The position numbers and the translations under genes were made by a program. Positions 47,101-60,600 of a stretch of DNA of 64,000 bases are shown here, piece by piece. How positions within the stretch are numbered: position 1 is the stretch's first letter; each line of letters starts with the position of its first letter. Source of the DNA: Antedon mediterranea (taxonomy: Eukaryota > Animalia > Echinodermata); assembly GCF_964355755.1 (NCBI RefSeq), contig NC_092672.1, positions 38,012,437 to 38,076,436 on the forward strand, in the 5' to 3' direction. Under the pieces are notes generated by a model. That model was not told the origin of the DNA and did not search any database. It saw only the letters and a list, made by a program, of their open reading frames with translations.

Positions 47101-47438
47101 GTTTTTTAATCTTGAATTATTTATAGACTTTTATCGTCTGTTTATTTAGTAAGTAATAACTATTTATTTGAATAAGAAAGTTTTATGTTCAATTAAATTA
47201 ATATTTAATTGAAATATGCTATAAAAGAAAAAATGAACAACAAATTATTTATAGACTTTGTTTTTAAGAGAAAAGAAGTAGTAGATTTATATTTATTACA
47301 TTATGAAATTATTTATATTTTGTTCTTGAGAAATGTATATATATACATTTGTATATTATTATTAATAAGAAAGTGTTATTATTTTAAGCTATTTTTAAAA
47401 TTGAAATATGAAAGTGTTCAATAAAAAAAAAAAAAAAA
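44191..47438 (+). mobile_element. 5'-truncated Tx1/L1-clade LINE with a poly(A) tail and TSD
   Basis: KSPGIDG, NWRPITLL, Q.GF..GRYI.EN, IDFEKAFD, RQGD.L.PYLF, QYADDT and a C-terminal CCHC. AATAAA plus poly(A) at 47420-47438. TSD (AAAA)GTACAAAC at 44179-44190 and 47435-47446. Confidence 0.92.
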
Positions 47439-48621
47439 GTACAAACATATAATTTAAGAAAGTGTTATTATTTTAAGCTATTTTTAAAATTGAAATATGA
47501 AAGTGTTCAATAAAAAAAAAAAAAAAAGTACAAACATATAATTTATAAATTTTTCTATTAGGGGATGTTTTTAAATTGTATGTACAGCTCATTGTATTGT
47601 CTACTTATCCTCTATGATTGATTATTGTAAAATCACATGGTCTAAACCATTTTTATTACATAAATAGATACAATTTTGCTTCCAGACTGTCATTTGGAAT
47701 AGTACTTATTTTGTATAATTCATTCATTCATTGAAAAATTATTTCCATTTATTATTGTCAACAATACAATATACATAGACATTTTGTTGCTCTGAGACAC
47801 AAATACATAAAATTCTCTGACAAAACAAAGTCACACTCATTTCTTTGATGCCCTAATAGCAGTTGGATAGAAGCTGTACAAGAGATGATGGACTGGTACC
47901 GTCTATAAAATCAAATGTGTGTACTATTATTATCCATATATCTTTATAACTCTGTCTGTCTACTGTAGGCCTACTTGTTAGTCTACTTGCTATGTTAATG
48001 TTTTATATACCAATAACGATAAGTTAATTGTAGTACATTTGATATAAGTCATAATTATTAAATAGAAAATAAATATATTAATAATATTCAGATTTAAAGC
48101 AATAAAATTATATTAGTATTGGAATAATTAATGATGTTTAAGAGAAACATTAGGGTCATATATAAAAAAAAAATATTACACCAACATTATTTCAACCGTT
48201 AGTTTACATATTGTATGCATTTGTTTACTATAACGTCGTGAGGAACCACGTCAGCAGTCAAGTTCAATATTGAATATCGAAACGTGGCAGGCTATAGGCG
48301 CTTGACCTTTGACAAGATCGGCTAAAATTTATAATTTAAAACTACGATACTTAGTATTGTATATTCAGGAATAGCCGCTCCATAGTCTCTTTGCTTTTCT
48401 TCCTTATATCTTATTCTTATTAACTCAAAATTATTTTTACTAACAAACATTACTATTTATATGCCTAGTGTGTTATCATTATTGACATAATTTCATTAAA
48501 CATCCACATACAGTACAACTCTTAACAATTTTTTCAATCTTCTATCAACTAAAAGTCGTAGTTATCTCATTTCTGCAACAGAAGCATTCTTTTTGACAAC
48601 GCGAGCGCGCTAGGCCGGAAC

Positions 48622-49971
48622 GCGATTTTTTTTTTTCGTACAGAAGTTGGGGACCCCCTCATGAAACGTCACAAAATAAACATGAATAATTCATCAGTTA
48701 AATTGTCTTGTTCCGTGTGCACACAAGCGTATAGCAACAAGAAGTGATTACACAAGTGCGGTACGATTCTAGGCCTATCTCCGCTGTTTCATAGAAGAAT
48801 AGCGGCGTTTTGTGTGGATTGTCGAAATAATCAGCCTTTAGTATGGTGTTTTTAATATAATTTATTACTAAAGAATTACGTGTTAAAATTATAGTTTCTA
48901 TTAATACTATTAAACATAATTTAGTCTCTAAACCCATGTCTATTCTAGTAGTAGCTGTGTGGGTGTGTGTGACGTGTGTGTGTTAGGTATGACCAAAGAT
49001 AGTTACACCAAAGATTATATAGCGCCGCTACGCGGCGCAAGATAGGTAACTGTTGCCAAGCTTCTATCTTATAACACTACGCGCCCAGTAAATCCATGGA
49101 CGCCATTCGGGCGGACAGGTTATTATTGTGATTTAAATGTAAATGGTTTAAATGTTGCGGTCCGCCTCGAAGTATCTGTGGAAAATGGAAGAAATTATGT
49201 AAACAAAGTAAAATAAAAGTTTCTTTGGGATCTGGACACTTTCCGATTAATTATGTGTGTTTACATTGAAATGCTTGGTTAGACAACTTCGTTCTTTGAC
49301 CGAAACATCGTACGAAATTGCCTTGACAACGACTTTATTCCGGTTCAAATTTGTCCGCCGGAATGGCGTCCATGGATTACAAACGTCTCACACCCAGTTA
49401 CCTATCTTGCGCCGCGTAGCGGCGCTATACAATCTTTGGTTACACTATCTTTGGTATGACACAATCCGAGTAATAAGTCAGCAAAATTAAACAATAAACA
49501 TTACACAAAAATACATTTTTTATTCTCGTGGGTCAAATCTTCCCATCTCATGTGTTCATATACGCGCATTTTTAAAGTTCCTTTGAGTACATGCATATTG
49601 TTTGATAATAAAATAGCAGAATTAAAAAAATACAGTACACAAATTATACACATTCTTTATTCTTGTGGGTCTAAGCTTTCTTTGGGCTATGTCCAATGAA
49701 TTACTACTTAGTTTAATGTCTTGCCTAGCTGTCGATTAGCCTCGACTCGACACATTTTGTGTGAAGAAGAGTGCGCGAAGGCAATCACGTGAATTGACTT
49801 AGAATCCTATGCCTACTGTAGAAAGTATCGTATCGCAGTTGTGTAATCACTTCTTGTTGCTATACGCTTGGGTGCACACGGAACAACAAATTTAACTGAT
49901 GAATTATTCATGTTTATTTTGTGACGTTTCATGAGGGGTCCCCAACTTATGTACGAAAAAAAAAAAATCGC
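48622..49971. mobile_element. MITE of the 9-bp-TSD family carrying a nested insertion
   Basis: Same TIRs as 17759-18551. TSD GGCCGGAAC at 48613-48621 and 49972-49980. Confidence 0.92.
48994..49453. mobile_element. P/Galileo-like MITE with CAAAGAT..ATCTTTG termini and 7-bp TSDs
   Basis: Inner TIRs of about 45 bp bound 49009-49438. Outer TSD GTATGAC at 48987-48993 and 49454-49460. The empty site is seen in the MITE copy at about 25815. Confidence 0.85.
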
Positions 49972-51536
49972 GGCCGGAACACTGAACATTCGGAAAGGCT
50001 ACGCTAGTGCGTTTATAGCTGTACTACGGACGCTAAAATAATGATATCGATCTCAATAAAAATTGGACGAGCAAAACTAATATTTTCGGGATAGGTACGA
50101 CCCATTTGACTAACTTTTACAAAACTGTATCAGCTGCCAAGGGTCGCTGTCATTGATAAAAATAAATAAATGTTGATTTGATTTAAGTTTGGAGCGAATG
50201 ATTTTCGTATGTATTTCTGACTGTTGTGCTCTTTCTCTATTTCAAGTAATAAAAACATTAGTAGCCAGAATGCGCCCTCTCTTGTTGGGAGTGAAAAAAC
50301 GGAGATAAAATGTTATAGCGCCGCCATAACTAAGAGAAAAAAGCTAATGCGCACGCGTAAGCAAGGATTTTTCGTCTTAAGACATAATTTGCTGCCCTCT
50401 AGAGTTTAATTTTGCGCATGTGCAAAATAAAATTTACCTAAGACAATTTTTCTGCTAAGACATTGCTAAGACGGTTTGATAAATAAGATTAAGTTATTTG
50501 CTTAAGCACTTATATACAAATATTTCAGCTTAAGCAAAAATATAAGCAAATATTGATAAATGCCAACCCAGATGTACAAATCCGGAGTCATGATTACAAA
50601 TGCGATGTACTAAATTGGCCCAAACAAATATACATTTTTGTAAATAAATAATTTAAATAATATGTAATAATAAGTTGTCTTTTTTATCCATAACTAATAT
50701 TGTTTACAAATTGATTTGAGGTACAGGCAGATATTTGGTTTGAATTTCTCTTTAATGGTCAAATATTATATTATTATATTATTAAATATTATGTTTGTAT
50801 TATTATTATACTTTCAATGTATACATTACCCTAAAAGACATTCTTTTTATCGTCTTTCCACATTTTCTTTCATTCCAATGTTTGTGGGTTTCCTTGTTCT
50901 GATTCCTATCCTTGTGTGTTATTCCAGTACCGTACATTGATGCCACTGTGCTGTTTTTATCAACGTAATACAGTATTCATGATTTGTATTTATTAATAAT
51001 TTATTAATGTAATTTTGAAAAGTAATACCTTGATAATTCATTTGTTAAAACAGATGTTTCATTTAATTTGTGCAATATATGATGCCTCTATAATGTTACA
51101 CTTAATTTCATTAATTGAAAACATTTTGATTTTTAAAGAGGGTATTGATACAAGTCTATTCTGTGTATACTGCGCATGCTCAAAGTATAATATTTAAATA
51201 AGCCAACAAAATAATGTTCACTTATTTTAGTTAATTTATATTTTGGACATGCTCTGTAGAATTTTAAATGTTTCCCTGTTTTTGTTTTAATCTTCGGGAT
51301 TCTTTGTAAAGCAATTTAGAAAAGGTTCTATTTTCAGTACTAATTGTAAATATAGGCAGGTGGTGATGAATAAATATGTATATGCGATTACTAATTTATT
51401 GTCTGAAAATGTGTCATTTTTATTTTCTTTTTAAGTCTTACTCCACTCTCCAAGCCTAAAATAAGACTTAGTTTACATAATCAATCTATCTTGTAATAAC
51501 TTGTTATTGGATGTGTATGAAATAATATATGCATAA

Positions 51537-52362
51537 AGGCCAATTTACACCGACGAGCGGTAACGGTAATAAAAATATAGAATCTATGTTATATGACTAT
51601 TATACACACAACGCGGAACGGACGGGCGGTTTCATGTCTCAGGATAGATACAGAATCTACGTGGGACAAGCTACGTGGTTTTCCACTCTCAGGATAGATA
51701 CAGAATCTACGTGGGACAAGCTACGTGGTTTTCCACTCTCAGGATAGATACAGAATCTACGTGGGACAAGCTACGCGGCTTTCCACTCTCAGGATAGATA
51801 CAGAATCTACGTGGGACAAGCTACGTGGTTTTCCACTCTCAGGATAGATACAGAATCTACGTAGGACAAGCTACGCGGTTTTCCACTCTCAGGATAGATA
51901 CAGAAAATACGTGGGACAAGCTACGTGGTTTTCCACTCTCAGGATAGATACAGAATCTACGTGGGACAAGCTACGCGGTTTTCCACTGTCAGGATAGATA
52001 CAGAATCTACGTGGGACAAGCTACATGGTTTTCCACTCTCAGGATAGATACAGAATCTACGTGGGACAAGCTACGTGGTTTTCCACTCTCAGGATAGATA
52101 CAGAATCTACGTGGGACAAGCTACGCGGTTTTCCACTCTCAGGATAGATACAGAATCTACGTGGGACAAGCTACGTGGTTTTCCACTCTCAGGATAGATA
52201 CAGAATCTACGTGGGACAAGCTACGTGGTTTTCCGCTCTCAGGATAGATACAGAATCTACGTGGACAAGCTTCGCGGTTTTCCGCTCTCAGGATAGATAC
52301 AGAATCTACGTGGGACAAGCTACGCGGTTTTCCGCTTACCGTTACCGCTCGTCGTATTGCCT
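51537..52362. mobile_element. second copy of the MITE carrying the 50-bp minisatellite
   Basis: Same termini, unit and length as 9700-10525. Confidence 0.8.
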
Positions 52363-55300
52363 TGATCACATCCGCTGAACAAAATGAGACTATAGGGTGC
52401 GCCATACACCTTGCTTTGAGATTATAGCCTGAGAAAATATCATAGCAGCTATCTTGATGAGAATGTAAGTTTATATATATCTTTTGCTAAGACCCATCTT
52501 TAAATAAGGGTACAGGAGATAAGATGTAGAGTCAAAACTCCCTCATAATCATCGTAAAAATGATTCGTATAAATCGTATAATTGTATATTGGTAGAATAC
52601 GGTAAATCACCATCACAAATGCTGCCACCATGCTCATCTACATACATACATACATGTGTCACGCGCTATTCTCTAAATTCTTGATTAATAAAAACAGATG
52701 CAATAGTTGACGTGGTGATAGTTGTCATAACAACCTTTTAACAACTGTACACAAAGTATTTATATAGATATTTGTGGCTTTTCTTATCTACTTTATCATA
52801 ATCAAAATAAGTTCTAACTACTTGACACCTAATCATTAAATACACAATGTACACGCCTAATTGTTTTCTCTCACTGCTGTACATAAACGTCCTAAAATCT
52901 CATGGTTTGATTATAGTATTCCTTAGAATTATACGAGATATATTATAGTATTGACTTGAAAATGTACCGTTGTCCGTGATTTGTGTCGCGTCACCCCTCC
53001 TCGCGTCATGTCCTCCTCATCCTAATCTGTGTTTTTGTCGCAAAAGGCTCTCTTGTAGTATTTTGTTTTGCCCCGTCCAAATGACCAAATAATGATCTTA
53101 TCTGATAGCTAGCTGACCATCTCTTTACCCATCAAGAGTAAATAGGCCTACTGTTGCTGTATATAGGTTACAATCTGTTTGCACAGGAAATGCCAGAAGT
53201 TACTATATACATAATGTGTGTGCATTTGTGTTTTAGATAAAATGGTCTCGCATTGAAATATGGAAAAACCCTAATGATTTTAATACAATATTGTATTTCT
53301 CCAAAGTTTTCTTGAATTTTGGTTTAATTTTTATAAATACTATGACGTAATTTGTCGACACGTTGCTATGTTTCATAATCTAATCTAATGGTGTAGGCTA
53401 TGTTTAGGTAATAGTTGTGTATTCACAAACAACATAAGTTATTACAAGTACATTACAACCACTATGTAGGCCTATGCAAACATTTTATCGGAAGTCGACT
53501 TTACCGGTCTAAATTTCGCAACAACTTCCATCCATTCGGGCACTGAATACCTGTTATGACATCGTACGTACGTGACTGTTTTTTAAAGTTGTCTCAGATC
53601 AGAATTTTATTTCTTAAGTTTGTCTCAAATCAGGAGAACCTACGAATATTATGTACCGTTGTTCCAATCCGCTAAACCTTTACCTAGGAATTGAGTGAGG
53701 AAGCACGTGCATCCCACTGTTCCGCACAACGAATTAAAATGACACAACTAGGTCGTAGTCGCATTGAAAGCCAACCTCGACAAACCACCCCCCCCCCTCC
53801 CCCCATCCCACCACTCCCATGATAGTTAATTCTATCCTGAAGAAAATGATGCAGAAGTCTTCTTGGATTGTATTTGCCTGGATTCCAGCTTTATATTACT
53901 GGGACGAATGTTTAATTTAAAATATCTTGCTAAACGTTTTAGAGTAACACTGAGCTCTTTTATAATAATGTACATTTTTTTAAAGAGCAACGAAGTGCCA
54001 ATTGAATCTGTAGAATACTGGTCTGAAGTTTGTGAAACTGAGCCTATAATAGTTCATGATACAAAAGAAGAAAATACAACCATACTTCAAATCAACTTAT
54101 ATACAGTCGTACTCCACAGGAGCTTTAATGATTGAGGAGCCTATACTCGAGGAGCCTATACATTACAAGCTATGCTTTTATTTGGGCTCCTCCACTTTAT
54201 TTAAGTTATTGGTAAAGTGAAATAAAATGAAAATCAAATGAATAAAAGCACTCAAACTAGCATGTCTATAGCAAAATGCTGATTAAACCAATAGAACGTA
54301 GGATTGGTTACCCTATAAATAAATGGTGTAAGCCCTTATTTGCTATTGTTTTGTTGTACAAAGTCCTAAAGAACTCGCTCTGTTTAACTAACGTAGGCCA
54401 CCACATGCCTCTTGCGTGCAGTCCTTACTGCATGTTACTTGTCATTAGTTCTACAGTTTATAAGAAAATAAAAGAAGATTACTAAACATTGTTTTATTGA
54501 AGTATTTGGACAACTATGGCCATATTTGGCCCCAAGTTTATATTTTGTTTACTTTTATTAATTTTTGGATCAATACCTGCTGTGATATTACGTAAGTATT
54601 TTTTAAAATCTTATCAGAACACCTAATACGTCGAATGCATATCAGTGGTTAAGTTTCAAAGTGATTTTGTATTTTCAACCGTTTTTCTCATGTGTAAAAT
54701 GCAAAACGTGTCCCAGGACTGCATGTAGCAAAACAAAATTAGGTACCGCATTTCTGACTTATCTCCGTATTTTTATCAACCTTGCACGATAGGTAATTTA
54801 TAATTATACACTAGGCTATAAACAGTAATTTGTTTTTACAAAATTATTAAAATAATCAAGATTATGATATAAACATATTTTTATTCTATGTCTGGCGTTT
54901 TGTCATTCCATTTTGGCAACTTAATATAATTAATAAAGAAACGATTTGCAAAAAAAAAAACCCCAAAAAAAGGAAACACAATAACTCAAAGATGGTACTC
55001 CCAAGACTTCCTTGTACAATTCAGGTCATTTCATACTCCATCACCCACAAACCTCCACAGCAGCATATTACTTTTATTTAGGATTAAATGTCTTCTCGGT
55101 CACTTTGATACCCCAATATAACGAAAAAGTACGGAAAAGTGAGGAATTTAAACGTTATTTTGAATAATTAATATTTCACTTTCAACTTTTTAAAATTGGT
55201 GGCATGCACTATACCTGGTAGGCCTACATGACTTGTACACATACCATCGTTAGCTTGTTAATCGCCAAATGTCATTTTGTTCTATGCTACGCATTACAGT

Positions 55301-56411
55301 ACACGAAATTTTACTGATTCCACTGGGTGTTTTAAAAATAACAGGCCTAACATTTTGTAATCGATAGGTATAAAGCCAACAAAATAGCATTCAATATTTC
55401 AAATGCTTTCAACATCTTTATAGTCCATAGTCAATACTATTAGATCATGTATTAAGCTGTAACAATACAACTTGAAGTTATATAGAAAATGTTTGTTTCG
55501 GTTCTGGGGTAAAAACTCCTAACTCCTATATTTCAAATACATTCAAAGTCGATGTGCATCATTGATATCTCATACTTAGTACAATTTAAACATCTTTTGT
55601 CATACTTATGGTAATTTGATATACTACAATGAATGAATTTTACTTAAATAAGGACTTTGAATACACAGGTTGCACCCTCCGTGCAAATATTGTCCTGCTG
55701 ACTTGTGTAATGTTGGCAAGTAGGTCGATTTAACGTCTCTCAGAGATTGGGCGTTTTAGTCTGCTTCTGTATCTAAAATGTGCTTACTGGTAGGGGGCTC
55801 TACAAACATGTGGGGTCAGAGGTCAAATTATGAAATAATGTAATATAATGACAACCACTTTCCTTGTTCATGATAACCAAATGTATTCGGCAAGTACATC
55901 AAGAAGCTGGTACGAAACCTAAACAGCGGTAGTTTATTTATTCATGTATACTAATCAAAGTCTATTTCTTTATTCTTTAAATATAATTAAAATAATTAAA
56001 GCGGAACTTCTTTGAAGTATCAATAATTAATGAGTTCTGTTTTCGTCTAAGTCTTTAAATATTATCACCGACATCTAGAAATGAATTTCTAAAATCAGTT
56101 TTAAAAATAAATTTAGTACATTTTTTTTTATACGACGAAGTTCATGCTATAGAATAGGCCTACATAGTATTTGATAATAAAGTCGCACTTTTTGACTTCT
56201 TTTCGTGACAAAAACAACAATGATTTTTTTAGTCCTGATGTATTTGACTCTTTTGTGAACGTTACAAACTAGTATATTTGTTCATTTTGCTATACCTTTG
56301 ACAGAAATTATAATAAAAACTATAATAATTCATCCTGGGTTAATCTGTATTTGAAAGAGATTCGTAATACTAGTTATGCTAGCCCGTAAACGTTTATACG
56401 TTACGGTTTGA

Positions 56412-56675
56412 GGCCTGGTACACCAAACATGGCCTGGTACACCATACATGGCCTGGTACACCATACATGGCCTGGTACACCATACATGGCCTGGTACACC
56501 ATACATGGCCTGGTACACACCATACATGGCCTGGTACACCATACATGGCCTGATACACCATACATGGCCTGGTACATCATACATGGCCTGGTACACCATA
56601 CATGGCCTGGTACACCATACATGGCCTGATACACCATATATGGCCTGATACACCATACATGGCCTGGTACACCAT
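56412..56675. repeat. 19-bp minisatellite, about 14 units
   Basis: GGCCTGGTACACCATACAT in tandem; only about 2 units at the paralogous site 15841-15875. Confidence 0.95.
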
Positions 56676-57665
56676 TACCTGTACATGGAACACGACTCTC
56701 GAAATATTTGGCCGGATTTAAATGACAGTACTATTACAATTACTCTCTGTCTCGTTTCTATTCAACTCAAATATTGGTTTTTCCTTCGTGCTTTCACTCA
56801 TGGGGTTTCATTACGTATTGTACAGAAATAACTGTGGTATTTGACGAACGCAATCAGTTAAATATGTGTTAAGATACATTGTTGTTTGAAGGTTTTCATG
56901 GCGAAATCAAATGTTGATATAAAGTTTGCGGTACACCACGTGTATTAGTTCTGGAAAGAACTGTTGAGTTTTTCGACGTTTCGATCAATATGCTTTGATG
57001 TACGATTGTATGATTGTATCCTGACATACAAAAGACATACAATAAGCTACCTGACGTACATGCTAATTTTTTTTCAATAGTCAAACAATTATAAATAAGT
57101 AATCAGAATAGTGTTGTATTTTGTGGTAAAACATTTTGGAGTTATTATTTAAGAGCTGATTTTTATCTATTTAATGAAATTATTGGTATTTAAATGGGGT
57201 TCTTTCTTTTATAAGATTTTGCCCCTTTTTGTTTAAATCAATATTGTTATTTGTTATTGTCATATTGAAATTGTCATCGTACAAAGAAAATAAAAGAAGT
57301 TGTCATTGCCATTGTCAAGAGAGAAGACAATTAAAAAACATTGTATTGGTGTTTTGTGAAATAAACAAAAATGAAAAATCTCAACGAGTAATATTTCACT
57401 TCAATCACTTCATGACAATAATTATCATAAAAAAATATATTAGGTGGACTACTAGTGGTAGACGATCGCCTGACCTCTGGTACATTTTGTACTTTTTGCT
57501 CCACACCTAGAGGTCTGAAGATCGTTCCGTTCCAGCCGCTAAACTGTGGAACAATCTTCCAAATCTCATTAAAGAGTCTCACCTTCAATCGGAGTTTACT
57601 CTTTAGTTTCATCAACAGTGTATTTCCCCATAAATGTATTTATTCACCAATATCATTTATTATAG

Positions 57666-60600
57666 AGACTACTGATCTCCCGCCAGAGTGTCCTTCGGAT
57701 GGGACGTCCCTCCAATGCGCCTTTGGAACATGCCGTGTAAACACAAATGGAGACCAGTATTGCGACTGTCCTCCTGGTTTTAATGGAGACAGGTGTGAAG
57801 TTGGTAAGTTGTTAGAAGTGATTAAAATAATGAAGATGGATATTTTCTGTACCAGACAGATTTTTCGGGATCACACAGTTCTCGAGTGAACATCTGTACG
57901 CGCTTAGAAACATATGAGCATGCGCAGAATTAATGCTCGCCTCATGAAGGATCCTCTTTAAAATTGGTTAATACGTAGATATAGCTGCAGATTCTAGTAG
58001 CATTGAATTTAATTCAATTTAATTTGTTTATGTCTTGTCATGATATATTTCTGTGAGGGTCCCTATTGATCAGCTTCGGCTGTATGGACCACCCTCGTAA
58101 AATATTGTTGATATAAAATAAAAAATAAAACAATGTTCGTATATTTGTCAGCTCAGTGTAAGCGGAGCTTTAATTGAATTATACGACCAAAATCACAGTT
58201 ACTTTTCCAACCTTTCTATACTGTTCTTATAAACTTGAATACACCAGATTCATTATTATTTGTCTAGACATCAACGAATGCGATTCGTCACCTTGTCAAA
58301 ATGGAGCACCATGTATAGATCAAACGAATGGATACTTGTGCGCATGCCCGCCTGGATTCCAGGGAGACGACTGCGCCGATCGTAAGTTGAAATAAAGACC
58401 AATTGCAGAAAATAAACTTAATACGTCAGCAGCCAAACTTGCATGCTTGCATCATTTGTAAACATAGACGATATAGTTAATTTCAATCAATACGTATTTA
58501 TAGATTATTATATCTACCAAATAACGAATTAAATATGTATAATGTTAATGTATTAATAATGAATTTTCCTGCATTTTATTCTTGATGCTACTTCATTGTT
58601 AGGCCTAATGCTATGACGTATAATAACATTAATTGAAAAGAAATCAATATCAATCAATTATTTTCCACTTGTTGCCATTATCCAAACTAGCAACAAACAA
58701 ATTTATTTTAAAATAACACGTTCTGTATATACGTGTATATATAGTTCTGAAAAAAACTGCTGAGTTTATCGACGTTTCGATCCATATACAATACTTCGAT
58801 CGTCCTATAATGCGTTTTTCCTTCAATTAGAAACGGGACCGTGCGTCAGCAACCCGTGTATGTTTGGCACTTGCGTTAATAGATTCGCAACGGAGCCGTT
58901 CTATACGTGTACGTGTTTTGATGGATATGAAGGCGACATTTGTGAAAGAGGTACATTTAGTTTATTTATTGAAATTATATTTAAAAATATAACATTAAGC
59001 ATTGTTGATGTTAAGAACAAGAATTAGTTTTGTTTCCTTATCGAAATTATTGTACAGTAGTAAATCTTCCAACAGCGAGTTAAAGTACCGATGACTACAT
59101 CTGTGGTTTCCAGTAGTGTGAAAAGCAGTGACGTACGTACAACGCAAAAGAAATGTGACCAATCACAAGCAATCTCTGTCGTTGTGTTGCGTGTACGCCA
59201 TTGTTGAGCCGTTACCAAACTCAAACGCATCTTGGCCATTTTGATATTCTTTCATTTCAGAAACTGACGAATGTTTAAGCAGTCCGTGTGGACAGTATGG
59301 AGTGTGTAATAATTATGTTGACTTCTACAACTGTACGTGCAATCCGGGATACACGGGAGAAAGCTGTAACCAAGGTAATGATACGGGTTGAGAGATTTTG
59401 CCGTCCCTATATATTATTGGGAAGCTTTCGATTTTCAATGGCAAAGGACCAAAGACTTACTATTGTTGTCGTCTGGTGAATCTAGAAACAACTAATTAAA
59501 GTATGCCCAAATGTATTCCCCGCATGTGTACAATAAATTATTTTGACTACTCCTGGTAAAGATTGTCTCACAGAAGAGAATAATAATTAACAGTTATTAA
59601 CTGAAATTTGTCCTATTTACCACTATATTCCCATACATGTCTTCTCTTTTAATTCGCAAATATTTGTTTTTTAATTTAGAAATTGATGAATGTGCTAGCT
59701 ATCCTTGTCAAAATGGTGGTACTTGCACTGACCTGGTGAACGGCTACAACTGCACCTGTCCACAGATATACGAAGGTGTAGACTGCCAAACGGGTAAGGT
59801 GTACTATGCCTAGTGCTAGAATTAGGTTAAGCTTGGTTCCAGCTAGGACGCAACGCAACGTAAACACAACGCATTGACATAAACGCAACGCAATGACGTA
59901 AACGCAACGCAATGACGTAAACGCAACGCAATGACGTAAACGCAACGCAGATAATTTGACAAATTACAAGCGACGGATCATTCCAACTGTCGCTTTTTAT
60001 TGGTAAACGTTGCGTTCCCAGAGGAACCAAGCTTAATATAGAACAGTATCATTTTGCTGAAAAGTTTCTCATTTCTTTTATTTTATTTTTTTTTAAATGT
60101 AAGTAGGCCTAACAATTGTCAAGTTCACTTTTTAAATTGACCCTCAATTCCCATGCTTCTACCGTACTTAAACGTTGATACTAATGTAAAAAAACAATCT
60201 AGGCGTGTATCTAAAACACCTACACAGTACAACCAAATGAATGTCTAAGTACACAAAACAAATACTTTATTATCGCATATAGATTTCAACGTACGATCAA
60301 ACAATATGCCAGTACGTCACATATCAAATATAACGATAAAGTGTTTTATTGGTGCATGTTTGTAGTCACCCACATGACAAACATTCATTATATCGATTTT
60401 TAAACATGGTATTTTATCTATTGTGTTCATTTAAGCATGTACTAAGTCATGTATAAGAGTATACTTCAGTTACAAAGCTAACATTTACCTGTCATGATTG
60501 ACATCATTTCGGTAGCTACACCTTAGCAAATAGTATGTTGCGTTTGAGGTCTCAACAATTAAATTTATGTTATATAAAATATAAAATCTATGATAAGTTT

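Larger units (their letters stand above)
50810..57973 (+). repeat. segmental duplication, copy 2
   Basis: Colinear with 8990-16746 plus 22653-23027. Confidence 0.95.

Noticed and set aside
56330-56656. Repetitive ORFs on both strands
   Set aside because: Translations of the 19-bp minisatellite.
57331-57615. 94-aa minus-strand ORF
   Set aside because: No recognisable domain, and the paralogous segment at about 16500-16746 has frame-breaking indels.
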